DNA of 64,000 bases from Phoronis australis (taxonomy: Eukaryota; Animalia; Phoronida): NCBI GenBank assembly GCA_002633005.1, contig NMRA01000391.1, forward strand, positions 360,159 through 424,158. Direction: 5' to 3'. The notes under the pieces are model-generated. The model was not told where the DNA came from. It worked only from the letters and a program-made list of their open reading frames with translations, and did not search any database. The position numbers were made by a program, and so were the translations under genes. Shown here in pieces: positions 49,803 through 60,100 of this stretch (the stretch's first letter is position 1; each line of letters starts with the position of its first letter).

Positions 49803-50933
49803 GAATAATTGTGCAGTTTTAAAGACACATAACACCTGTTCTCAATTTTTGATAACAAGATCTCCACATACTTTCAATTAGGTCAGTTACCGATCTCAAC
49901 TTTTTCTTTTATCTAGATTAGAAGTGGTTCCTGAAAAAAATTAGAGTATATTGTTACTAAGATTGAACTCATTTGACTAAATGTTGGCTGACATAAGTGA
50001 TGACATTCATGACTGTTTGCATGTTTCAAAATAGGTGGTTCACATTTGGTGAAATTATTGTTCTATTATATATTGTCGCTTTCATATTAAGCTCTGTCGA
50101 CAGTGTAGTAGAAAAGCTGCTGTTGGAATTTGAAAATGATCATGTGGATGGCAGCTTGCAAACTGGGTTACAACCAGTCTCTGTGCCTTTTGTTCTGGCT
50201 CTACAGTCAAACTTTGTAACAATGTGCCTGATTTGTAATGTTCACTTGCTTAGAGTATTCCAGTCAATAAGTCTAACACCAACATATACTTGTGGCAGTA
50301 CTGTAGCATTGATGGCAGCATTCAGTCAGTTACAACCAGTCTCTGTGCCTTATTGTTCTGGCTCTACTAATAGTTTTAAGTAACGCAAATCAAAATAAGA
50401 AGGAACTTTGGAAAAAGTTAGGTTCTTATCTTTATTTTTGTAGTATTTAAATATCAATGTGCACTTGAGTTTATTTTGTCATGTAGCTCAAAATGGTTTA
50501 TTGAAAAAATGTACAATGCTGTGTTGTGTAATAATGACAGGATATTTATAGTACATGATTATGAAAGATAATCTCTATTGTTGCATGGCTGAACATTTAT
50601 TTTGTTGGTTCAGTAACGGTGTTAATTGCAATGGACATTTTAAATATCAAATAATGAATAGTGAAAGTGGATGTCTAGTCCGAATTTTTTTGAGGTTTTA
50701 GCATATTAGTTGCCGTGTTAACACTTCTTGCTGTAGTTTGGACTTGTAGGTCTTCCTTGCAATATACCATTTGTAGCTTCACTGCTTAAAGTAGCATGTC
50801 TGAATGCATTATATATGTATCTGGTTTTATTATGCAATTTATCATTGAAGATGTATCCTGTAGTGAAAATGTGTACGAGTTTTTAGTATGTAAGTCATCA
50901 TTATGAGCTTCTTGTAAGCCTTTGTAGTATCAA

Positions 50934-51030
50934 GGTTATGTAGGACCCTAGAAAAATGTCCAAATTTGGCCAACTTCAGAACATCATATCACAGAAATGG
51001 CTGATCAGATTCATATGAAACTTTCAGGTG
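50934..51030 (+). repeat. Dispersed repeat end fragment (other copies at ~2148-2215 + and ~42485-42563 -)
   Basis: ggttatgtaggaccctagaaaaatgtccaaatttggccaacttcagaacatcatatc is nearly identical to the reverse complement of ~42507-42563, and shares ggttatgtaggaccctagaaaaa and tatgaaactttcag with 2148-2215. Confidence 0.7.
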
Positions 51031-52347
51031 GTTTATGCAATGTCGGATAGAATGCACTACTAAAGTATTGTATCAATTCATGCTTTTTTTTCATTTTAAT
51101 AGTTTGGAGTAGAATATATTTATACCTCTTGGTCTGAAATGATTTTATCTGTTTTTTGTGAGTAGTTGTACAAATGTCTTTTCGACTGTGATAATTATGT
51201 GAAGCTTAACTGTTGTTAAGTATTGTCTCTGTTCATATGCATGTACTGGATCTTTTGTTTTTGCAATCTATATACATTCCATTATTTGCTATTGTCATTC
51301 CTGTGCAGCTATAGATACTGTTCATTATAAGTAGGTGTTGCTGATGTGCCATTTAGACAACCCTGTGTTTGTGTTTGTCTATTTGAATATGCATGTCCAG
51401 GAACTGTACATGGGTTCCACTGGTGGTAGTGCGTGTTTCTCCAAGCACTGTACCCAAATATTTTTATGTATTCATTCTATGTATCATTTTTATGATGGGG
51501 TGGAAATGATTCCATGCCCACATCTTCAAATTCTATCCAGGGTCCCTGAAACACCAGTAAACACCCGACCTCGCGGCACTACAGTATTTCTATGCCAACA
51601 CCTCTAAACTTCACACATGTACCGAACATACTCTGTACCCGGTCACCAAACCACATACCTGAGAACCAGAGCTTCGTTCTATGGTCGCAAGTCTGGTCGT
51701 AGCTAAGACTGTCTTGGTTAATATGGTCGTAAGCACAATATTTTCACTTCACTTCATTTTTTGTAAGAGGTAAACACTGCTACTAACGTAAACGTGATAG
51801 TGAGTTCACATTCAAGTTGAAAACTCACCTTCATAAACCCCCTTAGTGATTTTAGTAAAAATGGAAATACAACTGTCGTAGTCGGGGCAGGAATTATGAG
51901 TGTGGGCCCCCATCTGTGGAGTTTGGTCATCTATGGGATTTTTATGGCACGCGTTTGGGGAGTTAAGAATCGCAGATATAAAAATTCTACGTCGGATTTG
52001 TTTCCTAGTCTGGGGCTGGGGTTTAAGGTATTGAAGCTGGAATTGAGAGGGTCGACCGTGGAATTGTTTCCTCTGCCTGGTATTTATTTATCTGAATGTC
52101 AAGATGATAAAGTTGTAGCAATCACTTGGTCGACATCTGTTATTCGTATAACCCCGTTTATGATCTTAAGGGATACTTTGTCACTTTTAGTATCATATCA
52201 AGGCATGTCTTGATGATAACCGTCATTAATAAAGCCAAATTTTACCTCACGTCCCATGTTTTCTTCTGCTGAAGAATGTTAATTATTGTGGTTTGACAAT
52301 AGAAGCTGTATTTCGCCATGTTTAACGTGCTCGAATTGGGTCTTGTG

Positions 52348-52581
52348 CTCTCATAACGCTTGGCTCATAGAATTCCTTATCGTGATAGGATTCCATTTCC
52401 GTTATCAACAAAAACACCGAGACCATTAGCGGCTTTCCTCACGCTTCAGAGTTTGAAGTTGACCAACCTGAATTCCCGTGCGAAAATGACGCATGAAGGC
52501 GTAGCCTATGACTCGACTGGGTTGGTAACGGAAATAGAATTCTGTTGTGGTAAAGAATAGTATGAGACCACGTTTTGAGAG
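52348..52581. mobile_element. MITE with ~60-bp imperfect TIRs (partial related copy at ~365-445)
   Basis: ctctcataacgcttggctcata...attccatttccgttatcaac versus gttggtaacggaaatagaat...tatgagaccacgttttgagag. The block cgtgataggatt..atttccgtta.caac...gagaccatt...acgcttcagagtttg also occurs at 372-445. Confidence 0.7.
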
Positions 52582-52759
52582 TGAAATGCAGCTTTGAAAT
52601 TGTACGGAGTTTCCCAATTGTGCACGAATTTCAGGCTAATCGGTGTCAATTAAATATCAAAACTATTGAATTTCATTTTTAATCAAGTAAGTCCAAGCTG
52701 GATTTCGATATTAATTTAACTCATAATTTACTTTTTTGTCAACATGGTGGTATCTGCTA

Positions 52760-53610
52760 CCCAGCGTCAGTCATCGTCAGCTAGGAGTCCATCTTCATCG
52801 TGGCCGGGTTTCGACCTTGACCTAGAACCCTCTCTGATGGCAGGTCTGAAGGCTGATCCGATGCGCTGAGATCTCCAGCCGACGCTGGGCGGGTTACCCG
52901 TTTGTTTTCACATTGTAAGCACAGCCACACGGTTGCTTCCTCCGCTGTTCTTATTGTAGACTCAGTGAACGTATCAGCTCGCCCGCTTGATGAAATACCC
53001 AGTAGCTTCGTTATCCGCCACATGCTGCCTGTACCCTCGACATCCAACTTCTATGGGAAGACAGAAGCACTTCCAGCCATTCGCTGCACATTGCGATAGA
53101 TCTTCCGTACTTGAATAGTTTCCTCTCGGGAGCCTCCTGCACCCTATAGTCTCCCACGCCACTTAACTCAATCAGAATCACTATCTTCTTGGTGTCTGAG
53201 TACCACAACACTATATCTGGTCTAACTGGGTGACTGCAATATGGCTAGTGACCACATCGGCGCCACAATCTTCCAGTCGGCAGCCATGCCGAGAACACCT
53301 CAATCGCACTTCTTAGTGGATATTCCGCCTTTGTAGAAGTGAATGAATGCCTTGCCAGGGTTAGTCACCTTCCTCCTCTCCAGATCTAAAACATGTGCAA
53401 TACACTTGAGAATCTTGTCATGGCGTCAAGTGCACTTTCCTGAAGTGAGAGCTTCTCTACAGCTGGATAGAATGTGTTCTAAGGTACACCGCTTGCCACA
53501 GTCCCTGGAGCTGTCATCGATCCTCACTTTTGCCCCACGTTCGAAGATTGACAGGAGTTGGAGAGAGTGTCACAGTATGGAGCCTAGTAGAAAAACCAAT
53601 CTGAACTGCT
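52760..53610 (-). mobile_element. 5'-truncated, decayed non-LTR retrotransposon with restriction-like endonuclease (R2-group, HERO-like)
   Basis: The minus strand reads, across stops and frameshifts, ...PTPVNLRTWGK..DCGKRCTLEHILSSCREALTSGKCT*RHDKILKCIA (CCHC knuckle plus RHD), PDIVLW..KKIVILIELS..WE (PD-(D/E)xK RLE), CLPIEVGCRG and AEEATVWL, followed by a short 3' UTR. Confidence 0.85.
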
Positions 53611-55132
53611 ATCAAGTGATATTCTATTATATCAACTTGTCGACGGCAAAGTCACCGTCTAGTGGTTGATTTTTGAACTTCGCTCTCAGTGTTACTCGCA
53701 TATTTTCATCGACGGGGTGAACGGGTACAGCTGGAAATTAGGATGCCATCCGTTTATAAAATGAACAGGAAAAAGTAGGGAATTTCCATCAAATGTTATT
53801 TCCAGATACATCACCCTTTTTGTAGTGTGTTAATTCCATAAATCCTATCGAATGGATTTTTCCAGATGAAGTTTTTACCTCCGGAAACAGCACAAGAAGA
53901 GGTTCTATGCTGTCAAAAATTAGTACATCTTTCGCAACAAAAGATTAGACTTTTTTAAAACCTGTAAAATTCTGCAGCTGGAATAGGTTTTTTATAGAGT
54001 TTCTATCTCCTAGTTTCTGTAAGGAATAATGTAAGAAACTTGGACACCCTTGCATTGAGAATTTTGTCACAAAGGCACCCGAAGGGAAACTGGCCGTGAG
54101 AAAGTTACTTTTCTGAGCAGCGTGTTTCGTATACTCCTGTTTTATGTCCGCATGCGGATTTTTATTAGAAGTCAAAAAAGTTGTCTGATCTTAAGGTCAA
54201 AACACGTGAGGGTGAGATAAACGTCATATATATTATGACAAACTAAGCTACTACAGATATGGATAACTACAAAAGTTATAAAATTGAGCAAACTTAAGTT
54301 GTAAATTTCAGTTCATCCTTTTTCATATTGTTGGAGAAAAAAAGATTTATTGGTGCTGAAGTGCATGTGGAAAATTGCACGCCTTACACTGGTCACCACT
54401 TAGATTCCCTCAGCCCCAGATAATTTTTATGATGCCTATTCAGCTCCCCCTTTGTATCGATGTAGTTCTGAGCTAGCCGACTGTTTCAGCAATGATGGTT
54501 GTTATTACATCCAAATTGGTTTTCTCTGGCATTTGCACATATGAGAGATACAGCCTGCAACTGTGTAGAGTAGTTTTAACTCGGTACATTTTGAATATTA
54601 CAAAATGACCAAAAAGTTAATTTGATGTGTTTATCTTGCCTCTCTCTGCCTCTCTGCCGCTTTGCCTCTGCTACCGTGTGAGAGTGAAGATCTGGAAACA
54701 TATAATGGTTGGGGGGATGAGAGTCTGTTAATTTTTCAGTTATACTTTAAAAAAAAGTTTGTGCATTGAATTCTTAATAATTGAGTGTTGATTAATTGAT
54801 ATTAACACCTGGAATATTGTGGAAAGAAAGCTATTTCCGCCCCCAACCTTTTGGTTGTGCCCCNCTCCTACCTCTTCTTCAGCAGGTCTGTCTTATGTTT
54901 TTTACTTCCCTGACCTCCCTGGACAAAATTAAACATGTTCTGTACCTGCTCAACCTCCAATCACCTATTTTCACCTGTCTACCTCTCTGAGTCACACTCA
55001 GTGGCTTAGTGATGTATTTCTCGTAACTTAGTGCCAAAGTTTTTTCTTGATATACCGAGTCTAGATTTTGCCTATGTGAATTTTCCATGGCACTGCTCAT
55101 ATTTTTTTTGTTGTTTTCAATATTTTAAGCAA

Positions 55133-55256
55133 AGACACTTCACAATTTTCAATCGGCCGTAGTCAACGCCTCTTATACTTCGTCGGCGCATACATGCCCG
55201 CTAGGTGTCGCCACGGTCCGTGACGCTATAAACGTGGCGGCCTTTGTGAATAGTCT
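55133..55256. mobile_element. Possible short MITE
   Basis: agacacttcaca ... tgtgaatagtct imperfect terminal inversion around a CpG-rich core. Confidence 0.3.
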
Positions 55257-57118
55257 TGTTAAAGGACAATGGCACCCGAAAAACAACCTATTTTGTATCA
55301 ATTTAGATCGAGTAGTTCTACTCGATAACGGCACGTTCGGTTGCGTTACCTGACACCTGACGGCAGACGGAGGTGTTGAAATTATCCAATGACGTAATTT
55401 GTTTCACACGCACGCAGTCTGTTCACACATGAGCAGTGACAACACGTACGGGTTACTGGTGTCAGCTTATCGCTTGAATTCATCGTTTAACACCAATAAA
55501 TCATCAAACTTCGATGTAAAACCCTTAAAAATACACCGAGTTCTTATAAAAACGTGTTGTTTTATTTCGCTGTTACGGATTTATTGGTATCAGTTTGAAC
55601 ACACGGTAGACTACAAAGTTCGGCAGGACAATTTACTAAGGTCCGTAGCAGGAGTTAGGGATCTGTATGGAGAGAAATTCGAAGTATTCTACCGTGAAAT
55701 ACAGACAGGAGAACCTAAATCTGTGTTGTTTAGACTTATTTTTTTTTTTTTAGTTCTAAACACACAAAACGCTTGTTATCCTGGCCACTGGCTCGGAACC
55801 CGATCAGCTGGGCCCGTCGCGGCCGGACTGACTCGTTATCCCAGCCAGCGAGTGGCTCGGAACCCGATCAGGCCCGTCGCGGACGCCGGGACTGGCACGA
55901 ACATAAACCAGCTTCAGTTCGAAACTAAACCTCCAGTCACGAAAAGACTATAATAGTGAGCCAAAGAAATAATGTGCTCGTAATTACGAAGTATCCATGA
56001 AACTGAAAATCTACTTACTTGTCGCCGGGAGCCGCGAAGTCGGGTTCCCTTTCCACAGACCGTCAGGGCAAAAGGTTGTACAGTAACAATGATTTGAATA
56101 ACGTATTTGTATTTCTAAAATAAAGATTCCCCTAACATGTGACCATAGCATATAAAATCGAGTAATTGTTTCACAACAGCTTTCTGTCAGCAAACACTGA
56201 ATTAGCATGCGCTCACCAGCCTCGGTGCCCGGTCACTCACTTACCTTTATTGCCGGCATCAATTAAGCCGGTAACGCAGTGGTTTATATTGCTGGCTTCT
56301 CAACATTTGGACTCACGAACACTCCAAGGCATTACAAATTGTATCAAATGAGACAGTCTTGGTTTCAGTTCGATATAAGCATTGGTTAGGATGAGAATAA
56401 TTCATTTTGAAACATAACGTAGAACTTAAAACGTCCAGAATGGCTAAACAGTTCCCACAATCAGAAAAAAATAACCATAAACAGTTAAAGGACTTTTGGA
56501 AACTGAGTGGAACGAGGGAAGTCAGGGTGTGGTCGTCCGAGGAGATGAGATCATAGAAATAGTTTTATAACGACTAGGAGCTCTGAGTCCCTGCAAAAGC
56601 CAGTCATTATCCATGAAACTAAAAATGACTAATTGCCTATTATTCCGGAACTTGTATTTTCTGCCAAATGCAAAATCAAAACACAGGGAGCAACCTCTTG
56701 TACAGGAAAACATTGATCGATTCATCGTCCTACTTTGATCGAGCCAGTGGCGGACTTCAAGTTAGAGGGGGTCAAGGGGGCCATGTCCCCCAGTAAAATT
56801 CTCCCAAATTCCATTAGGCAGTTCGGGGTGCTAATGTCTGACGGCCAAAATCCTGGCTAATGTTCTGCCCTGCCCCCCCCCCCCCCCCNACCGAAAGAAT
56901 GCGCTGTTATACAAAACCAAGGCTTTCCTGTTTCTATTTTTAGACATGGGAGTGTGCTGTTCACTGTGAGGTTATTTTTAGAACAGGGATCTCGTAAATA
57001 TAAACTAAAGGCAACAACGATCGTTTGCAAATTGATTTGATTCTATATGAACCAATCTCTCACAAGACTACCGAGTACGAAAAGATTTGCCTATTGTACT
57101 GCGTGACCAGTTGCAAAA

Positions 57119-60100
57119 ATGGAATTTGGAGGGGAATTCTTATGGATCGGGCATACAACTGATGACGACGTCGAGGACATTTCGGAGGAGTCGTTAGAAG
57201 AGAATTTTGGAAATATGAATGTTGGTGGAATGGATGAAGAGGTATTTTTTAAAACAATATTGATCATTGCTTTTGACACTGTGCTGATAATGCTCAATGC
57301 CATTATAAGATGAAAATTAGCTGGAAAAATATTCAATAATCCTTCTTGCTTAACTGAATTTAACGCGAACTCGCTCAAGAGTGTCTCATCAAAGATCCTG
57401 CATGAGACCACAGGCGTCCTCAGCTTCTGATCGCGTCCCCAAATACTGGTCTTGCCTTGGTCTCATGCACAATCGGTTTATTCATCATCCACTAGGTGGA
57501 GCTGTCTATGATTGATGAGCCTGCGCTGTTGCAAGAGTCTAAAGTAAAAGTGGTGAACTCCGTGAAACTGTAATTTACTGTTGAGTGAACGGCTTACGTG
57601 TCTAATTAGACTGGGCTGTACTACATGTTACAGTGTATGCGCACCAAGATGAGTTTCTAGTCCAACTTCACACTTAGGCCTACAAATTACCTGGCAGTGG
57701 CACAGGCGTCCTCAGCTTCTAATCGTCCCCGCCGTCGAGCCGCTACAGCCCGGCTGAGTATAGGCAATCGCGAGTAAAAATTCGAGACTTTGAGTGCCAA
57801 GTTCAAGTAAAAACACTGAAGAATCACTTTGCAAACTAGCTTTAATTAGTACAAGTGGCAGATAGGCATGTAAGCTTAAGCTTCAGACCCATCTTACTGG
57901 GGGAGCCCCACTCTGAAGTTCCCATTCTGAGTGAAACCATTGTCCACGTACAATGAAACTGAATGAAAGGAGCCCATCTTGGTACTCCATAATATGATGG
58001 TATTGAGTTGAAGTCGTGCATTACTGAGCTGTTTTGGAATGGGCATTGGTGGTTCTGGAAAGGTGACTAGAGCCTAGACCGGGCGGGATGGGGTGCACAT
58101 CATGATGACTACATGCAATATGCTTAAGGGGTCCCCAATGCTCATTGATCAAACTTCTGATTCCCAAAGATGTAGAGCTGGTACTGACCCCATATCTGAA
58201 CTCTCATGTGTTATTACAGACTTGTTTACTAGACATTCTGGACACAGCTGGACAAGAAGAGTACTCTGTCTTAAGGGAACAGTATATGAGAGACGGAGAC
58301 TGCTTCCTCATTGTCTATGACATCACACAGAGACGGTCATTTACAGAAGCGCAACATTTACTCACATTTATCAAAAAATTGAAAGGGGTTGACGATGTAC
58401 CAGTGGTAAGTCTGTGCTTATGAAAGAGAGACTATGACTGCACATCCTCACACTGTGATTATACTGTTTGCCGGTATTCATTTATGGTACTCTCTTATCT
58501 TGCTTTTACATGGGCGGTGCACCATGGGGGCTGGGGGGCTATAGCCCCTCACTTTTTTCAGTGCTGCACCGCCCATGGGCTCCGGTCTTATACTGTTATT
58601 ACAATAAAAGCTGCAACAATCAGATGTGCACGTTAGTTTGATTTTCCCCTAAAAGTTAGACTAAGTTCAGCATTACAGTTGTTCTGATTCGTGCACTCTG
58701 CCTTTATTCAGTTAAGTGAGATTTGTGCCATACTGTGGTTGTATTGGACTACCGTATGTGAGTTTTTCTAATATATAAACTATTAAACAGGCCTCGAAGT
58801 ATATCTACTGAACGGTTTATTCAGTTCTATAATTTTACTTTATCAGGTATTTTGCGCCAATAAGTGTGACCTTGACCCTGTCACCTATCAGGTGTCGGAG
58901 GAGGATGAGAAGCGATTTTCTAAACAGTGCAAGAAACCTGTTTTCCGCACTTCTGCTAAAACGAACCATAATGTGACGGAAGCCTTCCATGCCGTGGTCA
59001 GATTAGCACCAAGAACGAGTGTTGGATACAAGGTAAGGGGAAAGAATAAGATATGCTTGTAACAAAACCTGGCTTACCACATGTTGTAGAACACTTTCCA
59101 AAGAGCAGAACAATGACATGGGGTGATGATGTCTTGACGTTTATCTCAAAACGCAGCACCTTGCGTACCCAAAGTCGGATATAACGTGCTGGCATTTTGA
59201 GAACCAGTTTTCTTCACTGAATAACAGGCATCAGTTTCTCAAAATGTGGGCATGTTATATCCGACTACGATGCACAGTCTTTAGTGCAACACTTGCACCT
59301 GTCAAGGTGATCTGAAGTAACTATTCACCTATCAATGAATGATAGTTCTGCGAAATAGGGCATTGTGTTGCTTAATATGCATATATTCAATCCTATATGG
59401 CTATATTTGAAATAATGATTTTTTACAGAAAATTTTTGCTTGAGTGTTTCATACATAGGCGCTTGCACCTTAACTTCACTTGTGGATATATGCATCTATC
59501 TCTTGTGCATGTCTTAAAATGGGTGTTTTGTCCAGTTTTTATCATTTTAATTTAATGCTGCATTACACCTTGTTTAGCTGGCTAAAATGAAAATTGAATT
59601 CAACCTTTTACTCTATCCTGTCTCAAAATTTGCTTTCTATGATCGCGCTTGTATTCTGTTACCAAGAGCAACAATTATACAACCCTGAACAGGTCACAAA
59701 ACGAGTTAAAAAATCATTGATTTAATTAGGTTTGGCCAATACTGAAATTAAAAATGGTGCGCAGGGAATTCCATTAAAAGTAGACCAGTTTTGTGATACA
59801 ACAATGTCTGTGAATACATTGCAGGTCAGCTGCTGGTTTAGTTCTTCCATTAATAACTTCAAAAATGTCTGAAATGACACATAAACGGGGCAAAATGCAG
59901 TTTTTATCCATTTAAATTGAATGCATTTCAGTGCCTGCCTTTGTTTGTTTGATAAGTCAAGTTTCACTAAGACATATTTTACAAAATTTGCTCCTCACTT
60001 TCACTCAAGTATTTCTCAGGTTTAAACACATTAACCTGTTTTGGTATGTAGGCCCGCATTGATCTGTATTGATCCAAATACACGCGTGTTATTGAAGTAA

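Noticed and set aside
52760-52870. Hammerhead-ribozyme-like words (GAAAC, CTGACGA) on the minus strand in the retrotransposon 3' UTR
   Set aside because: The order of motifs and the pairings do not build stems I-III around the catalytic core.
55399-55953. 184-aa + strand ORF upstream of cpRAS
   Set aside because: Non-ATG start, runs through a poly-T tract and a local duplication, and has no domain or clear splice link to the cpRAS exons.
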